In this document: piece after piece, positions 37,089 to 47,848 of the stretch
Position numbering within the stretch: the first letter of the stretch is position 1
How the letters are laid out: each line of letters begins with the position of its first letter
Source of the DNA: Candidatus Saccharimonadales bacterium
GTDB taxonomy: Bacteria > Patescibacteriota > Saccharimonadia > Saccharimonadales > EFPC-124
Direction: 5' to 3'
Assembly (NCBI GenBank): GCA_050730875.1
Contig: JBOHNX010000002.1
Location: 92,805 to 156,804, forward strand
DNA length: 64,000 nucleotides
The notes under the pieces: model-generated
What the model was told of the DNA's origin: nothing
What the model saw: the letters and a program-made list of their open reading frames with translations, nothing else
Databases searched by the model: none
Position numbers and translations under genes: made by a program

Positions 37089-38378
37089 ATGCATATTTTC
37101 TTTAGTGGTATTGGCGGACATGCCATTGGCCCACTGGCGCTGATTGCCAAACAAGCCGGCTATGAAGTGTCTGGCTCTGACAAACAAGAAAGTTCAGAAA
37201 CAAAACACCTCCAAGAGCAAGGTATTCAGTTGCATATTGGGCAAAGTGAGGAGCAAATTGCTACGGTGCATGCCAATCAGTCGATTGACTGGCTGGTGTA
37301 TTCATCGGCAGTCGTGCGCAGCAATCCAAACCATCCCGAAATTCAATTTGCAAAGAAGCATGGCATTAAACACGGCAAGCGCGATGAGCTGCTTAATGCA
37401 ATTATTGACGACCACAACCTAAAGTTAATCGCCATTGCTGGCACGCATGGCAAGACCACTACAACCGCTATGGCGGTATGGCTGTTTAGGCAGCTCGGCA
37501 TGCCGCTAAGCTACTCGGTCGGCGCGGAAATTGGTTTTGGACCCATGGGTCAATTCGACGGTGATAGTGAGTACTTTGTGTACGAATGCGATGAGTTCGA
37601 CCGCAACTTTTTAGCCTTCCACCCATACATGAGTTTGATTACCGGCATTGCTTGGGATCACCACGAAGTGTTCCCCACGCGCGAAGATTACAACCAGGCG
37701 TTTCGGGATTTTATAGCACAAAGTAAGCAGCTAGTTATTTGGGAAGGAGAGCGTGAACTTTTAGGACTGCATGAAAACGATGACTGCTTGGTCATCAAAG
37801 AGGACGATCCTGCTATTGATCAAATCGAGTTGCATGGTTTAGTGAATCGCCAAGACGCTTGGCAAGTTGTGCAGGCTGTCCACAAGTTAACCAAACGGCC
37901 TATTGCTGAACTAATTCAACACATGAATCAATTCCCTGGGCTCAAGCAGCGCATGGAACGGCTCGCTCCTAACCTGTACACAAATTACGCTCACACCCCC
38001 GAAAAGATTAAAGGCGGCATGAATGCGGCGCTCGAAATTGCAGCCGACAACAACCAAGATATCGTTATTATCTACGAGCCGCTGACCAACCGCCGGCAAC
38101 ACTACATAAAAGACGAATACAAAGACTGCTTTACCGGCGCAAAGAAAATCTACTGGGTGCCGACGTACCTCGCCCGCGAAGATCCAGATCTGCCAGTTCT
38201 AAAGCCGGAAGACCTCATTCCATCACTTGCCGATCCAAGCATTGCCGAGCCGGCCAAGCTTGACGACGATTTACTTGCGGCAATTCGTTCACACCTACAA
38301 AAAGGCGATATGGTGGTAGCCATGGGCGCCAATGGAGCCAATTCCCTCGACGAATGGCTTCGACAACGCTTCCTATAA
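37089..38378 (+). CDS. murC: Mur ligase family protein (MurC/Mpl-like UDP-N-acetylmuramate ligase)
   Basis: MHIFFSGIGGHAIGPLA...GYEVSGSD (MurC-type N-terminus), P-loop IAIAGTHGKTTTTAM, and the Mur ligase middle and C-terminal domains. Confidence 0.7.
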   Translation: MHIFFSGIGGHAIGPLALIAKQAGYEVSGSDKQESSETKHLQEQGIQLHIGQSEEQIATVHANQSIDWLVYSSAVVRSNPNHPEIQFAKKHGIKHGKRDELLNAIIDDHNLKLIAIAGTHGKTTTTAMAVWLFRQLGMPLSYSVGAEIGFGPMGQFDGDSEYFVYECDEFDRNFLAFHPYMSLITGIAWDHHEVFPTREDYNQAFRDFIAQSKQLVIWEGERELLGLHENDDCLVIKEDDPAIDQIELHGLVNRQDAWQVVQAVHKLTKRPIAELIQHMNQFPGLKQRMERLAPNLYTNYAHTPEKIKGGMNAALEIAADNNQDIVIIYEPLTNRRQHYIKDEYKDCFTGAKKIYWVPTYLAREDPDLPVLKPEDLIPSLADPSIAEPAKLDDDLLAAIRSHLQKGDMVVAMGANGANSLDEWLRQRFL

Positions 38379-38411
38379 GCGTTAGTATTATAGGGTAAGG
38401 GCATATCAAAA

Positions 38412-39887
38412 GTGACAACACAAACACGCTCCGTCGCCCACTGGGCAAACCTTGACCGCCACCGACGCTCGGCGATTATCGCCGGTTTTTACACGTCGAA
38501 CAACCAGGCGACCGCCCATGCCCTCCTCTCATTGGTAAAAGCTCCGCGCGGTTACGGCGTCTATGCCAGCACAGGACCAAATTACCACTTTTCGATATTC
38601 GGACGTGATTCTATTGCTGTCGCAGAAGACATTTTGGAATCCCAGCCCAAAGTCGCCAAAGAAATTATATTCCTGCTGGCAAAACTGCAAGGCAAAAAAG
38701 TCGACAACGCCAGCGAGGAAGAGCCTGGTAAAATCCCCCACGAATACCGAGCCCGAAAATTCAGCCACGCACCGTTTTCGCGCGCGGCCGCTATTATGCT
38801 CGATACACTCAAAATTGTATGGGGTGGCACCGAAGACCAACTGCTCTATTATGGAGCGTTCGATGCCACACCATTATTTGTGCGCTTAGTGGACCGTTAC
38901 TGCGAAAAATACGGGCGCGACATACTCGACGAAATAGTTGTCGACCGCGACCATAAACGCAAGCCACTGCGCGAACATGTCTACGCAGCGGTAAAATGGA
39001 CGCTCGATAAAGTTTACTCATCCCCTTGGCAACTACTGGAATTCAAGCGACTAAACCCGCTTGGCCTCTACAACCAAAGCTGGAAGGACTCCAATACCGC
39101 GTACTTACACGTGAACGGCAGCGCTGCCCAGTCTGATAGCGGCATTGCCGCCATAGAGCTGCAGGGCTACGCCTACGACGCACTTATGGCCGGCGCCCGG
39201 TTGGTTTCGCGTAACATGGCCGAAGCTAACACCTGGCATGCTGTGGCGCGTACCATCCAGGTTAAAACATTGGAGCTCTTGTGGCTGCCAGACCAAGCCT
39301 TCTTTGCGCAAGGTGCCGACCGCGACGAAAATAATGCCCTACGGCACATCGCCACACTTACTTCAAACCCGGCATTGTTGCTTGATACCGGTCTACTGAA
39401 AGATCTACAGCCCGAGACCGCCAGACCGTACGTCGAAGGAATTGCTCGGATGATTATGAGCGAAGAGTTTTTAACCGTGGCAGGAATCCGCTGCCGCGCC
39501 AAGCGCCATATCGAGCTTGTACCGTTTGCGGATTACCACGGTAGTCAGGTTACCTGGCCGCACGACACCTGGCAGGCGGCAAAAGGACTGCGCCGCCACG
39601 GCTACGAAAAGCTCGCCGCCCATTTGGAAAATTGCATCCTCGAAAGCGTGCAAGAAGCTGGCGAATTTTATGAATTCTTTTTCGTTACCCTTGATGGACG
39701 TGCTAAATACCACTACCGTCAAGAAGCTCGGGACGAACCGACCTCGCATGATTTTGGCGCAGCCAACAAGCCCGAACCCGGCCAAGCCTGGACCATCTCT
39801 GCCGTCCTTGGCATCATCAATGGACGTCACCTGCAGGCGCGCAAACCACGACATAGCGAGAAAGAGGCAGTTAAGACGCCTAGCTAG
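38412..39887 (+). CDS. amylo-alpha-1,6-glucosidase / glycogen-debranching-enzyme C-terminal family protein
   Basis: FSIFGRDSIAVAEDIL, SWKDSNTAYLH..., and IAAIELQGYAYDAL are typical of the (alpha/alpha)6 GDE_C family. Confidence 0.65.
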   Translation: MTTQTRSVAHWANLDRHRRSAIIAGFYTSNNQATAHALLSLVKAPRGYGVYASTGPNYHFSIFGRDSIAVAEDILESQPKVAKEIIFLLAKLQGKKVDNASEEEPGKIPHEYRARKFSHAPFSRAAAIMLDTLKIVWGGTEDQLLYYGAFDATPLFVRLVDRYCEKYGRDILDEIVVDRDHKRKPLREHVYAAVKWTLDKVYSSPWQLLEFKRLNPLGLYNQSWKDSNTAYLHVNGSAAQSDSGIAAIELQGYAYDALMAGARLVSRNMAEANTWHAVARTIQVKTLELLWLPDQAFFAQGADRDENNALRHIATLTSNPALLLDTGLLKDLQPETARPYVEGIARMIMSEEFLTVAGIRCRAKRHIELVPFADYHGSQVTWPHDTWQAAKGLRRHGYEKLAAHLENCILESVQEAGEFYEFFFVTLDGRAKYHYRQEARDEPTSHDFGAANKPEPGQAWTISAVLGIINGRHLQARKPRHSEKEAVKTPS

Positions 39888-39946
39888 CCTAGCAAGACTG
39901 CTTACGTTTGAGCTTGCATCAAATTGGTTCCGGAGTAGCCGGCTTT

Positions 39947-40165
39947 TCAGGGTGCTTCTTGTGGTTTGATAGGCTGCTGGTTTGGATTAGGAAACGATTT
40001 ACCATCTGGAGCTGCACAAACCTCCGGGTAACTTTCCTGGACCGGGTAACCAGCCTGTACACATTCTTCAAAGCTGCTTACCGGCGGCTTACGGAAAAAC
40101 AGCACCGCAGCAGCGGTAATTAGTATGACACCCACAATAACTAACACAATAATCCATTTCTTCAT
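39947..40165 (-). CDS. small membrane-anchored Cys-containing protein (72 aa)
   Basis: N-terminal TM MKKWIIVLVIVGVILITAAAVLFF, then ...FEECVQAGYPVQESYPEVCAAPDG. Confidence 0.5.
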   Translation of the reverse strand: MKKWIIVLVIVGVILITAAAVLFFRKPPVSSFEECVQAGYPVQESYPEVCAAPDGKSFPNPNQQPIKPQEAP

Positions 40166-40232
40166 GTAGCCAGCATAGCAAAAAACAGCCCAGTATTTGC
40201 GTTGTCAAAAAGTTACGTATTTTCTTTGCAGC

Positions 40233-40264
40233 AAAAGAGGTCCCGGGTAGAGGACCTCTTTTTC
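40233..40264 (-). terminator. rho-independent terminator downstream of 40282..40587
   Basis: AAAGAGGUCC-8 nt-GGACCUCUUU followed by U-rich sequence on the minus strand. Confidence 0.75.
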
Positions 40265-40281
40265 GATGCGTAACCCAGTTG

Positions 40282-40587
40282 CTATGCGCCAATCATGTAG
40301 TTGATGATGATGCTAATGGCGTTGTTGTTGCCATTGACGTCGAGGTCTATGTTGATGTTGCCACCGCCATAGCCATTACCCCGCTCTTTCGCCCATTCGC
40401 GTACACACTGGCCATAATTGTCGTGGCCGGCTGCCTTACATTGCTCTTTCGTCGGCTTGTCGACTGGAGCAGCGTGTGCGATGCCGGCAGTACCGACTAA
40501 CGCAGTCATTGCTGCTACCAGAAAGCCGAGAACGAGCTTGTTTGGCCCGACCTTCTTCGTCGTTAACGTTTGGGTTGCACTTTGCAT
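40282..40587 (-). CDS. small secreted protein (101 aa)
   Basis: Signal peptide ...LVGTAGIAHAAP. The mature part has 2 Cys and a G/N-rich tail (GNGYGGGNINIDLDVNGNNN). GGGGGA SD. Confidence 0.55.
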   Translation of the reverse strand: MQSATQTLTTKKVGPNKLVLGFLVAAMTALVGTAGIAHAAPVDKPTKEQCKAAGHDNYGQCVREWAKERGNGYGGGNINIDLDVNGNNNAISIIINYMIGA

Positions 40588-40677
40588 AAAATTTTCCCCC
40601 TTGCGTTTAGACTTGCCTCCCTATGGTATCAACGCTTAGTTAACATTATCAACCACTTTTCCACAGGTTTTGACGTG

Positions 40678-41259
40678 TCATTTACGCAACAGTTTTGTTT
40701 CGCGCACAAGCTCTATGCACACTTGCAATGCACCTATCGCAAACAGTAAAAAACTATAGGCGCCAAAGTTTTCGGCAATGAGTTGCCGACCGAGCGTAAT
40801 GGCAATGGGCACGACTCCAAGCGACAAAAGTGCGAGCATGAATGTGGTTTTGCTGGGTATACGAAAAATAAACGACGCAATGGCATACACCCCAACCACA
40901 ATCTGACCAATAAACTGAAACTGCGCCAAAAACCCGAGCGCCATGGCACTCATAATGACCAGCACGGTGCTTTTGTTGATATAAGTTTGAGCAGCCGGTC
41001 GAGAAGCCGCCTGTTTTGCCTGCTTTGCAGGCTGTGGCGGTTCAGGCTTTGGTGTCGGTGGTGTAGCCACAGGAGTGATGGAAGCTTGCTGTGGTGGCGG
41101 TATTGGACGCTGTCTTACCTGCGGACTTACCGGGGGTTTTGTTGCGGACTTGGACGTAGGCTGCGGCCTTGCCGGACGTATAAAATCATCTATTCTTCGT
41201 ACCGGCCGGGGTCGCCTGCGCGGTAATTTAGGAGGTTGTGTCGATGCGGATGGTTGCAT
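40678..41259 (-). CDS. Pro-rich N-terminus plus 3-4 TM membrane protein
   Basis: 193 aa. Last gene of the co-directional array. P-rich, basic N-terminal half and hydrophobic C-terminal half. Confidence 0.5.
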   Translation of the reverse strand: MQPSASTQPPKLPRRRPRPVRRIDDFIRPARPQPTSKSATKPPVSPQVRQRPIPPPQQASITPVATPPTPKPEPPQPAKQAKQAASRPAAQTYINKSTVLVIMSAMALGFLAQFQFIGQIVVGVYAIASFIFRIPSKTTFMLALLSLGVVPIAITLGRQLIAENFGAYSFLLFAIGALQVCIELVRETKLLRK

Positions 41260-41261
41260 AG

Positions 41262-42911
41262 CTACCTCCTTTTGATTTCATAGAGCTTGAGTGTTTCGGT
41301 TTCAGTGGTTAGGTTGAAATCTGGCGACTCGTTTAGGAATTTATAATCTTCAAAATCGTGCTCTTTGGCCAGCAATACGTACTTAATGTTCTGATTCGTA
41401 AGTGTTCGTGCCAAGTGTTCGGGATGTTTGAGCGTCTCTTGTATCTCCCGCTTGGCGGCGTTTGGCACAGTCGGACTTATGTCTTTAAATTCGGGGTTGT
41501 CGCCCACCACAAAGGGTTTATCGAAAAACTTATCGCCCGGGTTGGCAATAATGCGGCCGGCAAATCCAAAATGCATGTACTGATGCCACGGCAAGAACAA
41601 CACCTTAAAATCTTGCGTATCGGCGTTGAGCTTTTCATTCATGGCATACCAATCCGCCGGGTAGTGGCGCGGTGAAAGCTGACCGCTAAAGCCCCACAAC
41701 ATGGTTGGGGTAAATACTAACGGCAACAGCAGCGCACCCACCAACACGCCACTCGTAACAGTTGGATTAGCTCGCTCGTGGAATCTGGTAAGGAGTGAGG
41801 CAACGCCAAGCGCGCCAAAGTACGCGTAGGCAAACACCAAAATATTGACGAATTTTTGCGGCTCGCGGTAGCCATTAAAGAACGGAATAATCTCGCTCAA
41901 CCAACTCATTAATGGACTCACTGCCAAAATGATGGCAGCCAGAGCACTTATGCCAAAGAGGAGCGCCATAAATCGCTGCTTGCGCCAGGCTGCCACCGCA
42001 CCAATGCCAACCACAACCCAAAGCACCAATGCAGCTAGGCCCCATATCGGCACCTGATCTTGCGGCAATACATAGAGACCGCGCGCATCTAACCAAAAGC
42101 CTTGTAAGCGAATGACGTTGCCAATAGCGCCAAGCGCGCCCTCGTTATTAGTGGCAAAGGCATGGTGATGAGCTGTATCGAAACTTTCTACCGATTGCGC
42201 AATGCTGCTTGAGCCCATAAGCGCCGGTATTAGCCAGTAGCTGCTAACTACCAGCACAATCGCCATACTGGCTGCTGCCCAGCCTATGAAACGCCGGAGC
42301 ATTGGGCTATCTTTTCGGTATCGCCAGAGCGCCAACACACCAGCAATAGCCGCAACCAATACAGCAATGCCCACATGGTGAATCGAAACAATACTAATTG
42401 CTAGCAACCATGCCGCTACGCTCAGCGCAGACTTGCGGCTTGGTTTAGCAACAAGCGTTATTACGCTTCGCACAAAAAACGGCAAGAGCGCGTATCCCAG
42501 AAGCACTTGCCACTGCCCCGCCATAAAGCGCGAATACACAAACGGATTGACCATGTACAGAATGCCGGCAAAATACGCCCCCCACTTCCAGTACTCTGGC
42601 GCCACCGAGCTGGCCGGAATAGTGCGCACCAAGCGATGCGTACCAACACCCGAGAGCAGCAAAATAGCGAAGAGCACAATCTTTTCGATAACATCCGCTG
42701 GAATCGCAAAGTTCAACAGCGCTAACACTGCCTGTAGTGGATACGAATTTGTGAGTTCGGTTGGCCACGCAATATGCGGCGCAAAAACCAAATCGAGCGT
42801 TAGGATATAACCCGGCAGCAACATCGGCAGCATAATGGCCAGTACCAACACACTGTATTCAAAATAAATGGATCTTTTTTCGTGCCGTATCCAGTCAAAA
42901 AATTTTCTCAT
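41262..42911 (-). CDS. polytopic membrane protein with C-terminal extracytoplasmic domain (putative GT-C-type glycosyltransferase/polymerase)
   Basis: 549 aa with about 11 TM helices and a soluble tail of about 140 aa. Context is between glycan genes. The family was not identified by motif. Confidence 0.45.
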   Translation of the reverse strand: MRKFFDWIRHEKRSIYFEYSVLVLAIMLPMLLPGYILTLDLVFAPHIAWPTELTNSYPLQAVLALLNFAIPADVIEKIVLFAILLLSGVGTHRLVRTIPASSVAPEYWKWGAYFAGILYMVNPFVYSRFMAGQWQVLLGYALLPFFVRSVITLVAKPSRKSALSVAAWLLAISIVSIHHVGIAVLVAAIAGVLALWRYRKDSPMLRRFIGWAAASMAIVLVVSSYWLIPALMGSSSIAQSVESFDTAHHHAFATNNEGALGAIGNVIRLQGFWLDARGLYVLPQDQVPIWGLAALVLWVVVGIGAVAAWRKQRFMALLFGISALAAIILAVSPLMSWLSEIIPFFNGYREPQKFVNILVFAYAYFGALGVASLLTRFHERANPTVTSGVLVGALLLPLVFTPTMLWGFSGQLSPRHYPADWYAMNEKLNADTQDFKVLFLPWHQYMHFGFAGRIIANPGDKFFDKPFVVGDNPEFKDISPTVPNAAKREIQETLKHPEHLARTLTNQNIKYVLLAKEHDFEDYKFLNESPDFNLTTETETLKLYEIKRR

Positions 42912-45529
42912 GAGTTCCCTCCTTTTATCACAAGTTCAAATAGCTGTGGCTGAGCTGTGGGTTTAATGTCAACCTCTGGCCGTTCGATCGAATCGAACGT
43001 CTGTGGCACTTCATCCTTTGACAGCAACGTAGCCGACTCTACAAGCACGGCATTTTGCCTGGTGTTTTCGATTGCCAATGTCTGCGCACCGGCCACGAGC
43101 TCAATATCGGCAACAAAATAAGTGAAGTCGAGATAGTCGTTATCGGCATTGCGGTCGTCTTCGATCTTTTGCATGCGAATGCGGTGGCCACCCATGAGCG
43201 CGCTTAGCTCATCTTCGTTAGATGCACCATGCAGCAATACACGGTAAGTGCCGTCGCGAGGCACGTTGAGTGTAAGGTCCATTTTTTTGTCGCCTTTAGT
43301 GAGCCCTATAAATTGCGGCGTCTGCAAATTCACCAGACTGGGTACGTTTTCGTGCAGGTAATTGTAATCGTCGTTTTTGTTATATAGCGTGCTGAGCGAC
43401 AGCGCATTGTTGGTGAAGTTAGAGCTAGCAACTAGCTCTGCGGTGAATGCCAATGTTGCCGGATTTGGGTAAAATACCTGCTTTCGGTGCTGCGCCGTAT
43501 ACACATCATAAAAACTTCGCTCAACGCTATCGGTTGCCAACTGCACGGTTTGCGGCTTCGCTACCAGGCGATCTAATTGCAGTGGGAAATAGAGTGTTGA
43601 GTCGGCGTACGGCCTTTCTTCTAGATATTTGGTCATGGCGTTTAATTCCATGTCCACCAATACGTGCGAATCTTTGCTGGCAGGTTGTTGGGCGGCATAC
43701 AATGCATATTCGTCGCCTTCATGTACCGGCTTGAACTTTGTGCTGCGTTTTAATTGCTCTGTAACTCTATCTTCTACGCCTGGCAAGTAGGTAATACCGA
43801 CCCTGCGCGATTCCAGTTTCTTTGGCATCAAAACGTGCGTAATGCCAAGATTGTTCACCAAAATATCCTCCCACCATGGCTCATTGAAAGCGATGGCACG
43901 ATACACCAAATACGCAATAATTTTATTGTTGGTATTTGCCCCAACGCCGTAATAGTACGTCGGCTGGTTGAGGTAATAAATTAAAAATTTATCTAAAAAG
44001 CTGTAACGCTCACCACTTTTAACAATCTCTCGCCCACTTTCGAGCGTTGGCATAATAAATACTTTGTTGCCCTGGCTTCCGGCTAATTCTTGCTTTATGC
44101 GTTTAAGGTCATCGGGGATTGCATACGGCGCGACAAAGCTTGCGACATCGCCAGAAAACATGGCGCTGCGGTAATCGCCGCTCCCTACGATCGGGAATAT
44201 TGCGAGCAGAACAACCATTGCCGTTGCCATAATTCGCTTGCCCATTTTACGGCTCAGCGCATCGCGGAGCCAGACAAGCACTATCGTTAAAAGCACGCCG
44301 GCGACGTAAAAATATATAAACTGGAACCGATGCGGGAAACGCAAAATATTAATAAAGAGCGCGATAAGCTGGCTCAAAATATTGGACAATGCACTCCCCT
44401 GCTCGGCAAAAAAGAGCGCGAGATTACCCAAAAACGAATGGAACGAAAACGGACTATTCGGAGTATACCCAAGCGACATCCACATCGCCACAATAAGCAA
44501 AAAGAAAAGTGTCACCAGCAGAACTTTTTTAACCATGTGCAGATCAGCCCATTGCTTAAACAAGAATACTGAGCCTACTAAAAAGGTTGCGACCAACGTG
44601 CCAATGCGCGGAATTGGTGCAAGGTAGTCACCATACCGAATAAGGTCCAGGTGCCCGGCTGTATCAAGCGAAAATATAAACGGCGTCGAAAGTGATGCAT
44701 AAAAAATCATCCAATAATTAACTGGGATTTGCGTCGAAACCGACGATAAATCCGTTTGCGTTGCGAAGAAAATAAGCAGCGAGTACGGAATAAAACTTAC
44801 TGCGGTTACAACCAAAAAATAGATGAGGTTCTTTTTTAAATAGAACCAAAAATACGACCGGTTCATAAAAAGCGTGAACACCATGTACGCCACCAGGACC
44901 AACACGAACGTCAAATAGAAGATGACATGATAGTGGATGGCGGGGTTAAACAGCACCAGTAACGATACAGCCAGCACATTCCGTTTTTCGATATTCTTTT
45001 TAAAAAACAGTTGCTCGCACATGAGTGTAACCGCTAGTGCAAACATACTAAAGCCAATAATCAGCACGTAAAAGTGAGCGATTTTGGCATACAGCAAAAT
45101 GGTAAAAATAAGCAGTGCGCTAAGGGCGGCGGCCAGCACGCCAAAAAGTGAGTCGCGCGTAAAGTAGCGGCCAATGCGATGAAACGCATAAAAAAGCAAG
45201 AAGAGTGAAAATGCATTCAGCAGCACTAGCGCAAATGGCAAAATTGCCACGTGGCGAACCCAGGCTGTCCAAAACGAATAGGCAACCCGCACTTCATCAG
45301 ATGAAGTAAGGGCCGAAGTACCTTCTGAAAAAAACTGTGACGTAAAGCTAAAAAACGGGACGAGCTCTTCGCGCACTACAACCGCATCGCCGCTTAGGAT
45401 TGCCGGGATTGCAGCTATAACATCACGAAAAATAACTATGTGCAGCAGTAAAAATGCGACAAATACCAGGCTATACACCAACAGTGGTTTTTCTCGTAAT
45501 TTGTTTAAAAGTGCAGTCTTCTCAAACAT
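42908..45529 (-). CDS. large polytopic membrane protein with about 390-aa extracytoplasmic C-terminal domain (putative GT-C-type)
   Basis: 873 aa with about 13 TM helices. Overlaps both neighbours by 4 and 25 nt. Confidence 0.45.
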   Translation of the reverse strand: MFEKTALLNKLREKPLLVYSLVFVAFLLLHIVIFRDVIAAIPAILSGDAVVVREELVPFFSFTSQFFSEGTSALTSSDEVRVAYSFWTAWVRHVAILPFALVLLNAFSLFLLFYAFHRIGRYFTRDSLFGVLAAALSALLIFTILLYAKIAHFYVLIIGFSMFALAVTLMCEQLFFKKNIEKRNVLAVSLLVLFNPAIHYHVIFYLTFVLVLVAYMVFTLFMNRSYFWFYLKKNLIYFLVVTAVSFIPYSLLIFFATQTDLSSVSTQIPVNYWMIFYASLSTPFIFSLDTAGHLDLIRYGDYLAPIPRIGTLVATFLVGSVFLFKQWADLHMVKKVLLVTLFFLLIVAMWMSLGYTPNSPFSFHSFLGNLALFFAEQGSALSNILSQLIALFINILRFPHRFQFIYFYVAGVLLTIVLVWLRDALSRKMGKRIMATAMVVLLAIFPIVGSGDYRSAMFSGDVASFVAPYAIPDDLKRIKQELAGSQGNKVFIMPTLESGREIVKSGERYSFLDKFLIYYLNQPTYYYGVGANTNNKIIAYLVYRAIAFNEPWWEDILVNNLGITHVLMPKKLESRRVGITYLPGVEDRVTEQLKRSTKFKPVHEGDEYALYAAQQPASKDSHVLVDMELNAMTKYLEERPYADSTLYFPLQLDRLVAKPQTVQLATDSVERSFYDVYTAQHRKQVFYPNPATLAFTAELVASSNFTNNALSLSTLYNKNDDYNYLHENVPSLVNLQTPQFIGLTKGDKKMDLTLNVPRDGTYRVLLHGASNEDELSALMGGHRIRMQKIEDDRNADNDYLDFTYFVADIELVAGAQTLAIENTRQNAVLVESATLLSKDEVPQTFDSIERPEVDIKPTAQPQLFELVIKGGNS

Positions 45530-46656
45530 TGGTGCGCTTCTTTAAAATTATCGGCCGCGACTGCCTGGAGTTGTTTGGCTGAGGTTTTACGTTGGCCAAG
45601 GGCATTATTGTATGTTTGGATCAGTTTTTTAAAGGTAAGGTCTTCAATTTTTACCGCGTGTGGGTAGTTTGCTTCTTCTATAAACCGCCAGCATTTTGTG
45701 TCGTAGGCAATCGCAACAAACGGCGTGGCATTAGCTGCAGCGAGCAGCAGGGAGTGGAATCGCATACCGACAAACACGTCAAATTGTCGCATATAACTGC
45801 TCGCTTGTTCGAGCGGAACTTCTTGTACGACATGCAAGTTGGCGGGCTTACCAAGTGGCGCGACAATTTCTTCTTGCATGAACACTAAGTCGTTGCGCGG
45901 ATTAAACGCATGTTGGAATGGCAGAAAAACCACATAGACACCGGCATCGAGCAACCGCTGCACGAAACGGCGCATAGCGGTGATGTACTTTTCACGATTG
46001 ACCCAGTCGGGTATATCGGAAAGTGCATTAATGCCGACGACCGCTTTATATTTTTTACGCGTTGCCGGCAAACGCGCCGGGCGCCATGGCTTTTGCCAGA
46101 TTGGGTTTAAAAATAATCCATCGGTCGAGCTGCATACTTTGCGCTCCGAGATACCAAGCCGTGCCAATGCAAATTTATATGACTCATCATCTCGAAACAC
46201 ACTGTACGTAGCGGCCGTAAGTGCCCATTTGGTAATCATCCGCCCGCGCCAAGTACGCAGACTACCAATGCCAATGTTTAAGTGATAGACTTTGACGCCC
46301 ATGAACCGCGCCAGCCAATTAAAAGCCAAAAGCCGCCGGATTACACTGTACTTCGAACGGCCGGTCGAAGCATATAATTCTTTATAAATTGTGCCGCCGC
46401 CGTACACCGCACACTCGACCGAACGGAGGATACGGATCCAACTACGCATGCTAGTGCGGTAGGTTTCGACAATTTCGATATCAGGATATTTTTCACGAAT
46501 TATCTGCGGAATAAGCGCTTTAGTGCTTACATTGACGTAGATTCTTTTAAAATCTTTTTTGCCGAGCAATTCGAGGTAATTCCACATAAGCAAATCATCA
46601 CCCAGGTTGGTCTGCCCATAGCTGCCCAGTAGCAATACGCCCTTTTTATGCGCCAC
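45505..46656 (-). CDS. polysaccharide pyruvyl transferase (CsaB/WcaK family)
   Basis: N-terminal VLLLGSYGQTNLGDDLL..., C-terminal MRFHSLLLAAANATPFVAIAYDTKC. Family pattern. Confidence 0.7.
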   Translation of the reverse strand: MAHKKGVLLLGSYGQTNLGDDLLMWNYLELLGKKDFKRIYVNVSTKALIPQIIREKYPDIEIVETYRTSMRSWIRILRSVECAVYGGGTIYKELYASTGRSKYSVIRRLLAFNWLARFMGVKVYHLNIGIGSLRTWRGRMITKWALTAATYSVFRDDESYKFALARLGISERKVCSSTDGLFLNPIWQKPWRPARLPATRKKYKAVVGINALSDIPDWVNREKYITAMRRFVQRLLDAGVYVVFLPFQHAFNPRNDLVFMQEEIVAPLGKPANLHVVQEVPLEQASSYMRQFDVFVGMRFHSLLLAAANATPFVAIAYDTKCWRFIEEANYPHAVKIEDLTFKKLIQTYNNALGQRKTSAKQLQAVAADNFKEAHQCLRRLHF

Positions 46657-47848
46657 CTGCTACCTCCGCGTAGAGCATTTTGGTCTGCTCGCCAACTTTT
46701 TGCCAGAGCCGCTCTTTCTTTAACTGCTGCGAAATCTTGTTAAATGCCTGCTGATCTTTAAAAAACGCATCCAGCTTGGCCGCGAGTGCGTCGGGTTTGC
46801 GATTGAACAGTAGCTGCGGATAATCGGCAAAAACATCGGCAAAAACAGTGCTGGCTAAAAATGGTTTTTCGAACCCAATAGCAAAAGACATTGGTCCAGA
46901 ACTCGACATAGCAACGGTATACGGATAAATTGATACGTCGCTAGCGCTGTAATAGAGCGGTATGTCTGGTTCTGCGATAAATCCAACCCACTGGTAATTT
47001 TGTGTCGGGATTAAATCGTTCGTTTTTTGTTGTAGGCGCGTGTATTCGGCTAGGTATGTTTCGTCATGTTCGAGCTTGGGATGTTTGCCAGCACCGATGA
47101 TTAAAAAAGCCTTCGGGTTATTTTTACAGTGCATAGCAAAGCCCTCGATCAACAAATCGATACCTTTGTAGCCCGTTAAGTAGCCCATATAAAGAGCAAC
47201 CTGCGCATCTGGCGGAACTTTTATTTTTTTGCGAGCGGTTGACTGTTCGATAATATGTAAATCTTCAACACCATGGTGAATCACAGCTACTTTTTCTGGC
47301 GAGGCACCGTATTCTTCCACCAAGATATTTTTAAAATACGTTTCGTGCACAATGATTCGGCTCGTCCATTTGGCCAATGGCGCATATATAACTTTGAACG
47401 CGAGCTTAACTAGCCACACTGGCAAATCTGCATTGTTTTGCCGTACAAAATCTTTGTTGATACTTTTGATACTCACCACACCATGTAGTGTTATAACAAT
47501 GCGTTCGTGCCACCACCGAACCAACCACTGCAGCAAATACGCAGTTATTACATTGCCGAATAGCGCCAGTTCCTGTTGTATGTGGATGACATCCGGTTGC
47601 AGTGTTTTTAGTTCTTGGTGCAACTGCCAAATAAAGCCCGGAGAGCGGTCGAAGCAGCGAATAACCGTCACCCCGTCTTCTTCATAGCGGTCGGTCACGC
47701 CACCTTGCTTTTCGCATAGCACATACACTTCGTCTCTTGTATCTACCGATATATTTTCGAGTAAATTTTTAGTGTACGAAGCAACGCCGCTGGCGTTTAC
47801 GTGCTTGCTATTTTTGGCCGGGTAAATGGTGATGTGCGCTATCTTCAT
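46646..47848 (-). CDS. glycosyltransferase family 4 (GT-B, retaining)
   Basis: 400 aa. N-terminal MKIAHITIYPAKNS...GVASYTKNL. C-terminal half with ...YPYTVAMSSSGPMSFAIGFEKPF (an EX7E-like region). Confidence 0.7.
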   Translation of the reverse strand: MKIAHITIYPAKNSKHVNASGVASYTKNLLENISVDTRDEVYVLCEKQGGVTDRYEEDGVTVIRCFDRSPGFIWQLHQELKTLQPDVIHIQQELALFGNVITAYLLQWLVRWWHERIVITLHGVVSIKSINKDFVRQNNADLPVWLVKLAFKVIYAPLAKWTSRIIVHETYFKNILVEEYGASPEKVAVIHHGVEDLHIIEQSTARKKIKVPPDAQVALYMGYLTGYKGIDLLIEGFAMHCKNNPKAFLIIGAGKHPKLEHDETYLAEYTRLQQKTNDLIPTQNYQWVGFIAEPDIPLYYSASDVSIYPYTVAMSSSGPMSFAIGFEKPFLASTVFADVFADYPQLLFNRKPDALAAKLDAFFKDQQAFNKISQQLKKERLWQKVGEQTKMLYAEVAGGA